A DNA stretch of 64,000 bases from NCBI GenBank assembly GCA_041740795.1, contig JBGSLH010000012.1, positions 19,146 through 83,145 on the forward strand. The letters run 5' to 3'. Positions 45,246 to 55,349 of this stretch are shown piece by piece (the stretch's first letter is position 1; the number at the start of each line of letters is the position of its first letter). Under the pieces are notes generated by a model. The model was not told where the DNA came from, searched no databases, and saw nothing but the letters and a program-made list of their open reading frames with translations. The position numbers and the translations under genes were made by a program. The DNA is from Minisyncoccia bacterium. GTDB taxonomy: Bacteria > Patescibacteriota > Minisyncoccia > Phycocordibacterales > JAACPR01.

Positions 45246-45484
45246 ATGTAAAAGACATGATATCAGAAAATTGAGAAAAGGGAATTGGTCCGTGAAGGAA
45301 TCGGTCACGAGTCACTAAGTATAATTCTTCGCAGGCTTCGCCTACTCGAATTCTACTAAGTGCTCGCGACCCCGCCTCGCCGACCATGTTCGCTTCGCTC
45401 CACATGGTGCCCGGCTGCGGCTTTCGATTCCCGCTCGCAAAGCTTCGCTTTGCTCCAATCCAAAAACTCACTTCGTTCGTTTTG

Positions 45485-45556
45485 AGGCGTGGGCGGGAAT
45501 CGAACCCGCGCATGGAGGATTTGCAATCCACAGCGTTACCACTTCGCCACCACGCC
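45485..45556 (-). tRNA. tRNA-Cys (GCA)
   Basis: Acceptor GGCGTGG/CCACGCC, anticodon loop TTGCAAA, discriminator U. Confidence 0.8.
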
Positions 45557-45637
45557 TTTTATTCGTCCACTATATCAAATTGTGAGAGATTTGTCGTGAG
45601 ATGCGGAAGTCTGAAAGGAAGACTCCTTGAGGACTTT

Positions 45638-45961
45638 TTACATCTCCTCAGACAAATCTCGAATCCGCTGCGCGATTCTTTCTCCTTTGTCGAGTTCGAA
45701 GTCGAAAAACGGAATCCTTCCAATCTTCGCGTGCTTTTTGAAATATTCTTTGAACTCTCCTCGTAAACGTTTGAGGAAGTTGATTGCGTTTTCCTCCTGA
45801 CCTTCTGGAAGAACAGTCACAAGAATCGTGGCACGCTTGAGATCGCTCGGGATATATACTCGTGTCACTGTGATGAGGGAATTGCGATTCGATTCTCGTT
45901 CGATGAATTCACTTGCTGTTTTCTGAACCAACTGTTCAACTTTTTCTTGTCTGAAATCCAT
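45638..45961 (-). CDS. rbfA: Ribosome-binding factor A
   Basis: LITVTRVYIPSDLKRATILVTV pattern, and position directly after infB. Confidence 0.85.
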   Translation of the reverse strand: MDFRQEKVEQLVQKTASEFIERESNRNSLITVTRVYIPSDLKRATILVTVLPEGQEENAINFLKRLRGEFKEYFKKHAKIGRIPFFDFELDKGERIAQRIRDLSEEM

Positions 45962-45963
45962 AT

Positions 45964-47472
45964 TTAAAATTTAACCATTTTAACGACATGGAGGACATCG
46001 TGCTCTGCGAGATCAACTTTGGAATCTGTTGCGCATCCGAACTCTTCAGGTTCCGGAACCATGTCGACTTCGTGCTTGTTACGCTGAAGACCTTTGAATG
46101 AGCCCATGCCGATTTCTTCATTTCGTCTAAGAATCTTGAACTTAAGCCCTTTTTCGATTGTGCCTTCCTGCACTTTTGCTCCGATGATCTGGAGTTTTTT
46201 AGCACTTCCGAACACCTTGAGTATTTTGACCTGTGCAACCACTTCTTCTCGTTCGTGAGTCGGCTGCGCTTCGAGTGCGAGTTCTTCGACCCACTTCTGG
46301 ATTTCATAGATGATAGAAAAATTCTTCATTCGAATATTATTTCGTTCGATGATACTTTTTGCCTGATTATCCGCCTTTACATTGAATGTGATGATAACTG
46401 TTCGAGGGTTGGTAAGTGCGAGTTGTGTGTCAGCTTCGGTCACATCTCCTGTTTCTGAACGGATGATTTTGAGGATAACATGATTGATGACGATCTTGCG
46501 AAGTTCGTATTCGATTGCCTCCTTGCTTCCAAATACGTCTGACTTGATGATGATTGGAAGAAAAACTGAATGTTCATCTTTTTCAATTGCTAATTCTTTT
46601 GTAGTATTGAGTGGTTTGTGTTCAAGAATGTATTCTTCGGCTGCTTTTTTGGTCTTTACGACTTCAAACGTCTCTCCTGTGATCGGTAGTTCGTCAAAAC
46701 CCGAAACTGTAAAAGGTGCTGTACAAGTCACACTGTCGAGTTGCTTCATGTTCTGATCAAGAATGCTTCGGATAGGTGAGTAGGTATGCTTGGTCACAAC
46801 ATAATCTCCTTTGTATGCGGAACCGTTTTTGAGAATAAGTGTTGCGGTATTTCCCTTAAACTTGTCCTTCTGTGCTTCTACGACGTACCCAGACCCTGCA
46901 GCTTGTGCATTGGCGGTGTAGTTCTCGATCTCAGCAGTGAGGAGAATGATATCAAAAAGATTCGTGATGCCTTGTCCTGTCCGTGCAGAAATTTCTGCAT
47001 ATGAAATGGTTCCTCCGAGTCCTTCGAGATAGACTTCGTTCTCCATGAGTGATGCCTTGGTCATGTCGATATTCGCTTTCGGGGAATCAATCTTGTTGAT
47101 TGCGACTACGTAGGGGAGTCCTGCACTCTTGATGCAAGCGAGTGCTTCTTTGGTCTGTGGCTTCACTCCGTCTTCTGCAGAAACGATGAGTACTGCAATG
47201 TCGGCAATTCTCGCACCTCGTTCTCTCACTCCACAAAAAGCTTCATGTCCCGGAGTGTCGAGAAACGTAATTTTGTTTTTTGTCCCTTCATGATCATATT
47301 CGATTTCGTACGCACCCATGTGTTGTGTTATCCCGCCTGCTTCCTTTGACACAATGTTGCTCTTTCGGATAAAGTCGAGCAGAGTAGATTTGCCATGGTC
47401 AATGTGACCCATTATGGCAATGACAGGTGGTCGAACAGAGAGCTCTTCTTTTGTATGAGAGTTGGGAGACAT
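45964..47472 (-). CDS. infB: Translation initiation factor IF-2 (short form, 502 aa)
   Basis: RPPVIAIMGHIDHGKSTLLD, DTPGHEAF, NKID. Confidence 0.9.
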   Translation of the reverse strand: MSPNSHTKEELSVRPPVIAIMGHIDHGKSTLLDFIRKSNIVSKEAGGITQHMGAYEIEYDHEGTKNKITFLDTPGHEAFCGVRERGARIADIAVLIVSAEDGVKPQTKEALACIKSAGLPYVVAINKIDSPKANIDMTKASLMENEVYLEGLGGTISYAEISARTGQGITNLFDIILLTAEIENYTANAQAAGSGYVVEAQKDKFKGNTATLILKNGSAYKGDYVVTKHTYSPIRSILDQNMKQLDSVTCTAPFTVSGFDELPITGETFEVVKTKKAAEEYILEHKPLNTTKELAIEKDEHSVFLPIIIKSDVFGSKEAIEYELRKIVINHVILKIIRSETGDVTEADTQLALTNPRTVIITFNVKADNQAKSIIERNNIRMKNFSIIYEIQKWVEELALEAQPTHEREEVVAQVKILKVFGSAKKLQIIGAKVQEGTIEKGLKFKILRRNEEIGMGSFKGLQRNKHEVDMVPEPEEFGCATDSKVDLAEHDVLHVVKMVKF

Positions 47473-47490
47473 AGAAATATTGGAGTTATA

Positions 47491-47997
47491 TTACAAACTT
47501 AAGGAATTTTGGGCTTTTGTCAATGCTTGTTGTTCCTCTTCGGTAAGCATCACGAGTGCTTTAAAAGCTGTTATTTCCTTTGAATACACGTTCACTCGGT
47601 CGCGTGAATGGAGTGTGGACATGATCGCACCATTTCCTTTTTCATTAATAAGTGCGAGGGCAAAACTGTTTGTGCCTCCGGATTTCATCCCGTCGAATGC
47701 CTTGAACATCACGAGTCCGAGACCTCGTGGTGATGTTGTCACCTTGCGATCAAGAATTTTGAGATGGCTTGAGATTGTAATATTCTGCTCGTGATTTTTT
47801 TTGAGATAGTCATAAATCTCGACGAGCGATTTTTCGATATTATCCTTGTGTGCGGTTTTGACAAGTCTATTGAATCTGAAATTCAAATAGGCAATCCATC
47901 CAGTGAGTAGTAATATGATAGCAGTAGCTATTGCAAATATAATGACATTTTGTTCAAATACTCCTAACATACCAAAGATTATACAATATGAAGTCAT
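47491..47997 (-). CDS. DUF4446-like membrane protein
   Basis: N-terminal TM, coiled segment, and FKAFDGMKSGGTNSFALALINEKGNG core. Confidence 0.5.
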   Translation of the reverse strand: MTSYCIIFGMLGVFEQNVIIFAIATAIILLLTGWIAYLNFRFNRLVKTAHKDNIEKSLVEIYDYLKKNHEQNITISSHLKILDRKVTTSPRGLGLVMFKAFDGMKSGGTNSFALALINEKGNGAIMSTLHSRDRVNVYSKEITAFKALVMLTEEEQQALTKAQNSLSL

Positions 47998-49196
47998 TTT
48001 TAAATAATTTTATTAACACCAAAAAAGTTCATCTCGATTTTGCTGCCACAACCCCGGTCGCGCCCGAGGTGCTTGAATCCATGAAACCGTATTGGAGCGA
48101 AGATTTTTATAATCCCTCTGCAAGTTATGCTGCAGGTCAGAATATCAAAAAAATAATCAAGCGCGCGCGTGTAGATATTGCAAAATATCTACAGGTCAAG
48201 GAAAACGAAGTTCTATTCACACAAGGAGGAACCGAGTCGATCAATCTCGCACTGATTGGACTGGTACAACATGCGCTTAGGACTCTCGATTTTACTCCGC
48301 ACGTTCTCGTTTCTAGCATCGAACATCCTGCAGTGAGTGAATGCATCAAGTATATAAAGACTCTTGGAGTCGACGTCGAATACATACCGGTTCTTTCGAA
48401 AGGAATTGTTGATGTGCAGGCTTTTGAAAAAATGATCAACGAGCGTACAATCCTTGTTTCTGTAATTGGAGCATCGAACGAAACCGGAGTTATCCAACCA
48501 ATGCATCGGATTGCGAGTGTGGTAAAAAAATTCAAGAACGCGCATCAACGGATATTCGGACACTATCCGTTCGTGCACAGCGATGTAAGTCAACTTGTAC
48601 TCACGCATGATGTTTCGGTTTCAAAACTCGGAGTCGACATGCTTACGATTGACGGTTCCAAGATATACGCACCCAAGATGTCTGGAATACTCCTCAAAAA
48701 ACAATACGTCGAGATCGAACCATTGATGTATGGAGGAGGACAGGAATTCGGATTACGTTCTGGTACTGAGTCTGTCTCGAACATCGTCGCGTTGGATACA
48801 GCTCTCAAACTTATTCAAAAGCAAAGAGAAAAAGATAGTGAACATTTCAAAAAATTGAAAGAATTTTTTATACTCCAACTTTCTTCATCTTTGATTCCAT
48901 ATTCTATAAATGGAGAAGGAGAAATACTGCCTCACATTCTCAATATATGCATTCCAAAATTGAATAGCGACTTTGCAGTAATCCAACTCGACGAATACGG
49001 ATTGCAATGTGCCGCAATGACATCTTGTGCCGGTTCAAAAGGGATTCTCAAATCCGAAGTTCTGACTGCGATGCATAAGGAAGATTGTGCAGGGTCGTCA
49101 CTTCGATTTTCCTTTGGTCGATCAACGACGCTCCGTGACATAAAAAAAGCCATCGTGATACTCCGTAAAGCGTGCAAAGCCCAGAAAGTGGTCTAG
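47988..49196 (+). CDS. Cysteine desulfurase (class V aminotransferase, NifS/IscS-like)
   Basis: HLDFAATTPV, PLP-lysine region DGSKIYAPK, and a Cys loop TSCAGS. Confidence 0.85.
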   Translation: MKSFLNNFINTKKVHLDFAATTPVAPEVLESMKPYWSEDFYNPSASYAAGQNIKKIIKRARVDIAKYLQVKENEVLFTQGGTESINLALIGLVQHALRTLDFTPHVLVSSIEHPAVSECIKYIKTLGVDVEYIPVLSKGIVDVQAFEKMINERTILVSVIGASNETGVIQPMHRIASVVKKFKNAHQRIFGHYPFVHSDVSQLVLTHDVSVSKLGVDMLTIDGSKIYAPKMSGILLKKQYVEIEPLMYGGGQEFGLRSGTESVSNIVALDTALKLIQKQREKDSEHFKKLKEFFILQLSSSLIPYSINGEGEILPHILNICIPKLNSDFAVIQLDEYGLQCAAMTSCAGSKGILKSEVLTAMHKEDCAGSSLRFSFGRSTTLRDIKKAIVILRKACKAQKVV

Positions 49197-49223
49197 AAAA
49201 GAAAATTGGGATACAATACTGCT

Positions 49224-50036
49224 ATGGTTTTGAACACGCAACAAATCATTCTTCTGTGTCTACTCGTCAGTTTTGTAACCTCAATTGCTACAGGTATTAC
49301 TGTCGTGTCTCTCCTTCAGCAGACGCCAGAGCCCGTGACACAGACGATCAACCGAGTAATTGAGCGAACTGTCGAATCTGCCACTCAGCCTGTCGAAAAT
49401 ATTAAGAATTTCATCATACAACAGCCTTCAACCGGAACCAAAGACGTTGTGACTGTTGTCGTGAACCAAGAAGATCAGACGATCAATGCAGTAGCCAAAA
49501 ACGAGAATAGCATTGCACGAATCTATCTCAATACCAAAAGTCAGGAATTTGTAACGATCGGACTTGTGCTCAATACTGCTGGAGATATATTGGTCGATAA
49601 AAGGACAATTGATCGACGTGGCACATATGTAGCGACATATGGTTCCAAAAAATTCCTCGTCAAGTATGTTTCGGGTTCAGAGACTTATGACTTTATAAAA
49701 CTAAAGATCCAAGGAGAAAATCCAAATGACTTCGTTCCCGCGACACTTGCGGATTCAAACGGACTTAAACTCGCACAAAGTGTGATCTCATTGTCTGGAA
49801 CACAATCAACAAGCATTGGTGTTGGGGAGATCGTAAGCCTCAACAAGACCAAAGATGGTGCGCTCGCATCTATTTCGACCTCCGTGAACCCTCAGAATGT
49901 TCTCAATGGAAGCGTGCTGCTCAATCTGCAAGGTGCGGTCATTGGAATCAAACTTTATACAAGTGAAGATCGCACAATATTTTTTCCGATAAACAACCTC
50001 AAGACGCAGATCGACCCACCTCCTGCTGCTCCTTGA
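49224..50036 (+). CDS. Membrane-anchored trypsin/HtrA-like domain protein, catalytic His not evident
   Basis: DFIKLKI (Asp box-like) and NGSVLLNLQGAVIGI (Ser box-like), but ILVDKRTI where TNxHV is expected. TACAAT box 6 nt before the ATG at 49224. Confidence 0.45.
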   Translation: MVLNTQQIILLCLLVSFVTSIATGITVVSLLQQTPEPVTQTINRVIERTVESATQPVENIKNFIIQQPSTGTKDVVTVVVNQEDQTINAVAKNENSIARIYLNTKSQEFVTIGLVLNTAGDILVDKRTIDRRGTYVATYGSKKFLVKYVSGSETYDFIKLKIQGENPNDFVPATLADSNGLKLAQSVISLSGTQSTSIGVGEIVSLNKTKDGALASISTSVNPQNVLNGSVLLNLQGAVIGIKLYTSEDRTIFFPINNLKTQIDPPPAAP

Positions 50037-50083
50037 TTTTTTATCAAAATATTGTAGAATAAAACAATTAACGACACATCTAT

Positions 50084-52771
50084 ATGCAACCATTCAAAAA
50101 TTTTACATCAAAAGCAAAGGAAGTTATCCGCCACGCGCATGAACTTGCAATAGAACGGGGACAGAACCACGTGAATCCAATCCACTTGCTTCTTGCGCTT
50201 CTTCTGCAAGAAGAAAGCCTTATCGGATCAATTGTTGAAAAACTCGAGATAGACATCGTGCTCCTCACCGACATGTTGCTTGAAGCGATCGATGTTCCTG
50301 ACACAGGACACACTCTGTCACCTTCGTATCAGGTATATCTTGCTCCCGAACTTGCACAGGCAATCGAATATTCAACCAAGATCGCAGCAACGCTCAAAGA
50401 CGAATTCGTTTCTACTGAGCATCTTTTTCTCGCATTATTTGAAGTACCAAGTCGTGCCAAGGACATGCTTGCAAAGTTCAAGATCACGCGCGACGATGTT
50501 GTGCATATTCTTTCTGAAATAAAAACTGGAAAGGCGAAGATGTCTGAAACGACAAAGACGATGAAATCGATTCGCAAGTACACCGTGAGTCTTACTCAAA
50601 AAGCACGAGAAAACAAAATCGATCCTGTAATAGGACGAGACAAGGAGATCAATCGAATTATCCAGATTCTTTCACGTCGAACTAAGAACAATCCAATTCT
50701 CATCGGAGAAGCAGGAGTCGGTAAGACTGCTATCGTCGAAGGTCTTGCAAATAGAATCGTGCAAGGTGACATTCCTGAATCTCTTAAGGACAAAGAACTC
50801 GTGTCACTGGATCTTGGTGCGCTTGTTGCAGGAACCAAATACCGTGGAGAGTTCGAAGATCGACTCAAGAAGATTCTCAAAGAAGTGACGCAAGCACAGG
50901 GTAAGATTATTCTTTTTATTGATGAGATCCATACACTCGCAGGAGCCGGAGCTTCGGAAGGTTCTCTCGATGCATCCAATATGCTCAAACCAGCTCTTGC
51001 TAGAGGAGAACTCAAGGCAATCGGTGCGACAACAATCAAGGAATACCAGAAGTATATCGAAAAAGACGCGGCGCTTACCCGAAGGTTTCAGCCAGTTACT
51101 GTTGCTGAACCAAGCATTGAAGACGCAACTGCAATTCTACGAGGTATAAAAGAAAAATACGAGCTCTATCATGGAGTACGAATTACTGATGATGCAATCG
51201 TTTCTGCTGTACAACTTTCTTCACGGTATATTACGGACCGATTCCTTCCTGACAAGGCAGTTGACCTTATCGACGAGGCTTCTTCTACGCTCAAGATCTC
51301 ACTTGAGAACATGCCAGAAGAACTCGAAGATGGACGACGAAAAATCATGCGATACGAAATCGAACGTGAGGCTCTTACTAACGAAGAAAAACCGACAAGT
51401 ATACAAAAATCTCGACTCACCAAGATTGAAAAAGAAATCGCAGATCTTAAGGAAGGAATCCGTGAGCTTGATCTCAAGTGGCAGAATGAAAAGGAAGCTA
51501 TTTCAAATATAAAAGTATTCAAGGGTGATCTCGAATCATTACGAATTGAAGCTGAACAGGCCGAAGCTCGTGCCGACCTTTCTCGTGCTGCCGAAATCAG
51601 GTATGCAACTATTCCCATGATAGAAAAAGATTTGCGTTTACAAGAGAAGCGTCTCAAGGATCTGCAAGTTTCTCGAAAGATTCTTCGAGAAGAGGTGACC
51701 GAAGAGGACATCGCATCAATTGTTGCACGTTGGACTGGAATCCCTGTTGAACGGATGCTTGAAGAAGAGGCAAGCAAGCTTGCACGCATGGAAAAGGAAC
51801 TCAAGAGGCGAATCATTGGACAAGATAATGCTGTACGTAAGGTTGCAAATGCAATCAAACGTTCACGAGCAGGAATCTCAGATCCTGATAAGCCGATTGG
51901 ATCGTTCATGTTCCTCGGACCAACCGGTGTAGGTAAGACAGAACTTACAAAAGCTCTCGCCGACTATCTCTTTGACGATGACAAAGCACTCGTGCGAGTC
52001 GACATGTCAGAGTTCATGGAAAAACATTCTGTTTCAAAACTGATAGGATCTCCTCCTGGATATGTTGGACATGACGAAGGAAGCACATTTACAGATAAAA
52101 TCAGACATCGACCGTATGCTGTAGTACTTTTTGATGAAATTGAAAAGGCTCACCCCGAAGTGTTCAATGTGTTACTCCAGGTGCTCGACAACGGAAGACT
52201 TACGGACTCAAAGGGACGAATGGTCAACTTCAAGAACACTGTAATCATCATGACTTCAAATATCGGAGCGGAACACATCGACAAGATGGAGACTATTGGA
52301 TTTGCGTCCGACAAGTCTACTAAGACGCAGTATGAAGAAACCAAAGTGAATGTCGAAAAGGCACTCAAGGATCATTTCCGTCCGGAATTTTTGAACCGAC
52401 TCGATGATGTCATCATCTTTGATATTCTTTCTGAGAAGGCAATCGAAGAGATTGTGCATATTCAGATCGAACGAGTAGGATTACGACTTCTCGAAAAACA
52501 GATCAAGATCAAACTCGCCAAGTCTGTACTCACGTTTCTTGCAAAGGAAGGATACAATCCTCATTACGGAGCACGTCCACTCAAGCGTGTGATTCAGGAT
52601 CGAATTCTCAATCCTCTTGCACAACTTATCATTGCAAAAGGTCTCGGAGTTGGAAGTACGGTAACAGTTTCTGTCAAAAACGGAGGATTTGCGTTTGATG
52701 TTGCAGGCAAAGGCAAGAAGGGGAGCCTGATGTATAAGGAAAAAGATATTACTGAAGAAGCATTGGTGTAG
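50084..52771 (+). CDS. clpB: ATP-dependent chaperone ClpB
   Basis: Clp N-terminal repeats, two AAA+ modules ([16 protein letters not shown]) and a middle coiled-coil domain. Confidence 0.95.
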   Translation: MQPFKNFTSKAKEVIRHAHELAIERGQNHVNPIHLLLALLLQEESLIGSIVEKLEIDIVLLTDMLLEAIDVPDTGHTLSPSYQVYLAPELAQAIEYSTKIAATLKDEFVSTEHLFLALFEVPSRAKDMLAKFKITRDDVVHILSEIKTGKAKMSETTKTMKSIRKYTVSLTQKARENKIDPVIGRDKEINRIIQILSRRTKNNPILIGEAGVGKTAIVEGLANRIVQGDIPESLKDKELVSLDLGALVAGTKYRGEFEDRLKKILKEVTQAQGKIILFIDEIHTLAGAGASEGSLDASNMLKPALARGELKAIGATTIKEYQKYIEKDAALTRRFQPVTVAEPSIEDATAILRGIKEKYELYHGVRITDDAIVSAVQLSSRYITDRFLPDKAVDLIDEASSTLKISLENMPEELEDGRRKIMRYEIEREALTNEEKPTSIQKSRLTKIEKEIADLKEGIRELDLKWQNEKEAISNIKVFKGDLESLRIEAEQAEARADLSRAAEIRYATIPMIEKDLRLQEKRLKDLQVSRKILREEVTEEDIASIVARWTGIPVERMLEEEASKLARMEKELKRRIIGQDNAVRKVANAIKRSRAGISDPDKPIGSFMFLGPTGVGKTELTKALADYLFDDDKALVRVDMSEFMEKHSVSKLIGSPPGYVGHDEGSTFTDKIRHRPYAVVLFDEIEKAHPEVFNVLLQVLDNGRLTDSKGRMVNFKNTVIIMTSNIGAEHIDKMETIGFASDKSTKTQYEETKVNVEKALKDHFRPEFLNRLDDVIIFDILSEKAIEEIVHIQIERVGLRLLEKQIKIKLAKSVLTFLAKEGYNPHYGARPLKRVIQDRILNPLAQLIIAKGLGVGSTVTVSVKNGGFAFDVAGKGKKGSLMYKEKDITEEALV

Positions 52772-52803
52772 GGAGGCTTTTGGTAATTAGCCATTGGCAA
52801 AAG

Positions 52804-52833
52804 AAAAAGGGACGGCCGAAGGCCGTCCCTTTT
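52804..52833. terminator. Bidirectional terminator
   Basis: AAAAAGGGACGGCC-GAA-GGCCGTCCCTTTT. Confidence 0.7.
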
Positions 52834-52834
52834 G

Positions 52835-52869
52835 TCTAACTGCTAAATGCCAACAGCTAACCGCTATTT
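52835..52869 (-). repeat. Heptad repeat 3' of a stop codon
   Basis: Plus strand TCTAACT GCTAAAT GCCAACA GCTAACC GCTATTT. A mirrored GCCAATG GCTAATT copy lies at 52784-52800, after the clpB stop. Confidence 0.7.
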
Positions 52870-53103
52870 ATTCACCAACGCTGATCCTGCTGCAAAAGAG
52901 GCAATCCCTACAACGAATGATCCTATGATAAAGCAGATGACGATATCAAGCTTGAGATAAATTGCACACATGAGTGCGATGAAGAACATGATTCCTGCAA
53001 GCAGGAATACGATCCCTCCGATCGAAAGTAAAAAACCGATAAAAGACTTTTTGTCTGCTGTTAATGCATTTGTAACTTGTGTTGAATTTGTTTGTGGTTC
53101 CAT
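52864..53103 (-). CDS. Hypothetical small membrane protein
   Basis: 79 aa with 2-3 hydrophobic helices. Confidence 0.45.
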   Translation of the reverse strand: MEPQTNSTQVTNALTADKKSFIGFLLSIGGIVFLLAGIMFFIALMCAIYLKLDIVICFIIGSFVVGIASFAAGSALVNK

Positions 53104-53210
53104 GCGATTTATTATAGCACGCGTGGTTTACTGGTCACGACCTTTTGTCCAGGAATCATTTTAGCTGAGCTTGTAATATAAGGTATTTTCGATTATTATG
53201 TCTGATACAT

Positions 53211-53293
53211 GCGTAGATGGTAGAGCGGTCAATTACAAGGGACTGTAAATCCCTCGCCTTCGGGCTACGTGGGTTCGAATCCCTCTCTGCGCA
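53211..53293 (+). tRNA. tRNA-Tyr (GUA)
   Basis: Acceptor GCGTAGA/TCTGCGC, anticodon loop CTGTAAA, long variable arm, T-loop TTCGAAT (one U-U in the T stem). Confidence 0.8.
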
Positions 53294-53297
53294 CATA

Positions 53298-53340
53298 GAA
53301 AATAAGGAGAGCAAGACAATGTCTTGCTCTCCTTATTTTC
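53298..53340. terminator. 20-bp perfect hairpin after tRNA-Tyr
   Basis: GAAAATAAGGAGAGCAAGAC-AAT-GTCTTGCTCTCCTTATTTTC. Confidence 0.6.
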
Positions 53341-53413
53341 TTGCTCAGAGAGGGATTCTAAAGTCGGAGGTCCAGTCCCTGTATTTACAAAGCAAATCTG
53401 GGATGACCGAGAC

Positions 53414-53465
53414 GGGTTCGCGAGTACGTATGAGCGAAGCGAATTAGTAACTCGTGAACGAATCC
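53414..53465 (+). other. Conserved GAGC-GAA-GCGA hairpin, copy B
   Basis: The same 19-mer TATGAGCGAAGCGAATTAG as copy A, on a different basal stem (CGAGTAC/GTAACTCG, extended by GGGTTCG/CGAATCC). Confidence 0.65.
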
Positions 53466-53492
53466 TTTTTTCCTTGTGCTATAATCATTCCA

Positions 53493-54110
53493 ATGACGCC
53501 CAAAACTAAAAACTATATTTTTCTTGCGAGCCTGTCACTTGCTATTTTTACGGTCACATACACAGTACTCCTGATCATTGGACTTGTACCACGTCAGTTT
53601 GAGGGAACACAGAACGTTTTTCAAGTCATTCCTTTGGACAAAACATCTGAACCAGTTTCTACTGAAGACACAGACAAAAACCTCATTCCTCAACACGTTG
53701 AAATTCCAAAAATCGGTGTGGACTCAGTAATCCAGTTTCCTTCAAATATCGACGTGGCAACACTCGATACTGCACTTGCCAAGGGTGCTGTATATTATCC
53801 TGGATCTGGAACACTCCAGTCTGGCAACCTTTTTCTTTTTGGACACAGTACGAACTGGAAAGTTGTGAACAATCAGGCATACAAGACCTTCAATGATCTC
53901 GAAAAACTAGTTAAGGGTGACAAGATTATTCTTACAAGTGGTGACAAAAAATACACGTACACAGTGACAACAGTGCGACGTGCTGCTGATGATGACGTAC
54001 TTGTGGAATTTAATAAGGGAGATCGGATGATTACTATCTCTACTTGTGATACGTTCGGGAAAAAGCAGGATAGATGGGTGGTCGAGGCTGAATTTGAGGA
54101 AGTCGGGTAG
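53493..54110 (+). CDS. Sortase family transpeptidase
   Basis: N-terminal TM, LFLFGHS (His), ITISTCD (Cys), QDRWVV (Arg). TGcTATAAT box 7 nt before the ATG at 53493. Confidence 0.8.
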   Translation: MTPKTKNYIFLASLSLAIFTVTYTVLLIIGLVPRQFEGTQNVFQVIPLDKTSEPVSTEDTDKNLIPQHVEIPKIGVDSVIQFPSNIDVATLDTALAKGAVYYPGSGTLQSGNLFLFGHSTNWKVVNNQAYKTFNDLEKLVKGDKIILTSGDKKYTYTVTTVRRAADDDVLVEFNKGDRMITISTCDTFGKKQDRWVVEAEFEEVG

Positions 54111-54130
54111 GTAACGATAGTCACCGAGGG

Positions 54131-54162
54131 ATACTTGACTTTTACACATAATATGGTAGTAT
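54131..54162 (+). promoter_or_regulatory. Sigma70-type promoter (TTGACT-N16-TGgTAGTAT) with an ACATAATATG element
   Basis: ATACTTGACTTTTACACATAATATGGTAGTAT, near-identical to the promoter at 44688-44720 (- strand). Confidence 0.5.
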
Positions 54163-54298
54163 TTCTCTTCAGAAAGGCAAACCACATTCCTTACAAACTT
54201 GCATAACGTGTTACTGCCAGAAGATGGCCTCGTTCAGTTGCTTCATATACGTATGACTCAACTCAAGTTTTAATGGATAAAAGGTTTGAATTTGTACC

Positions 54299-55228
54299 AT
54301 GATAACAGATCCAGGCAATAATGATGACACTCAAGGTAATGATGACCTGAACGACCTTCAGGACAATCTTGCTCGCGACAGGGCACTGAAAAAGCAAGCT
54401 GAGGAAAGAAAAAAGAAGGTGGCGAGAAATCGTTTCATCGGTTACTTCCTCGGCCTTGTGCTGGCCTGTATCACTGTCTTCTTCCTCCTTTGGGCTATCA
54501 ATCGAGACAATTCGCCAAAACCCGTATCAGTATCGCCCCCGGGTTTCTCCGCGGAAGAACTGCAAGACGAACTCAAAAAGGCGCTTGCAGTAAAGGAGGA
54601 GGAGTTCAAAAAACTTCTTGCCAAGAATGGAGAAGATCAGGCAAGTTTGCAGCGCAGTCTCAACGATTACAAGGAGGAGCTAAGCATGCAGCAAAAGCAA
54701 GCAGAGGCAGCCCTCCAAGCTCGTTTCAAGGCGGAAACGGAACTCGCTGTAGCGAACAAGAAGGCCGAAGATGCCAGATTGTTAGCGGAGGCAGAAGCCA
54801 AGAAAACCAAAGATGCTGAAGCCGCGAAAGCCAAGGAAGCAGAAGTCGCGAAAGTGGCTTTGGCCTCAAAAACTGCCGAAGCCAAAGAGGTTGATGAAGA
54901 GAAGAAAATCGACATCAATCGTATGAAAGATGAGGTGTTCGATGCTTCAAAAAACTTCAACCCTAACGGACAATTCGACGTCGCCGACGAGGATGAGTTG
55001 AAGAAGGTCTGGGCTGGCTGGATTGAGTACAAGGGAAAGTATTTTCCTCTCATTACCAATCCTTCTGGCAACCCATCTCCCACCAAGGGTGATGTTGCGC
55101 CGGAATTCCTTGCTCCCAAAAATGCCAAATGGACCTACGAGACTATCATCTTGAACAATCCACGTGGCAGTGGGTCATACACGACCAAGGGGTGGGCTTC
55201 GAACATGAAGCCTGTCACGAAGAAGTGA
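54299..55228 (+). CDS. Hypothetical N-terminally anchored coiled-coil (A/E/K-rich) protein
   Basis: Acidic N-terminus, one TM, a long AEAKK-type coiled coil and a C-terminal globular part. Confidence 0.55.
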   Translation: MITDPGNNDDTQGNDDLNDLQDNLARDRALKKQAEERKKKVARNRFIGYFLGLVLACITVFFLLWAINRDNSPKPVSVSPPGFSAEELQDELKKALAVKEEEFKKLLAKNGEDQASLQRSLNDYKEELSMQQKQAEAALQARFKAETELAVANKKAEDARLLAEAEAKKTKDAEAAKAKEAEVAKVALASKTAEAKEVDEEKKIDINRMKDEVFDASKNFNPNGQFDVADEDELKKVWAGWIEYKGKYFPLITNPSGNPSPTKGDVAPEFLAPKNAKWTYETIILNNPRGSGSYTTKGWASNMKPVTKK

Positions 55229-55349
55229 TACGGTTAAGGATTTTTCTTAAAAATCCATTAAGACGCCCCTGGCAACACGGGCGTCTTTTTTAATTGACAT
55301 TTTCTATATATGTGATATACTATTTTAGTTAGAAAAATAATATAAAAGT

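Noticed and set aside
44636-45531. Long minus-strand ORFs (184 and 185 aa) and the plus-strand ORFs 44756-44989 and 45386-45766
   Set aside because: They read straight through four tRNA genes and hairpin-rich spacers, so they are artefacts of the stop-poor, GC-richer tRNA cluster.
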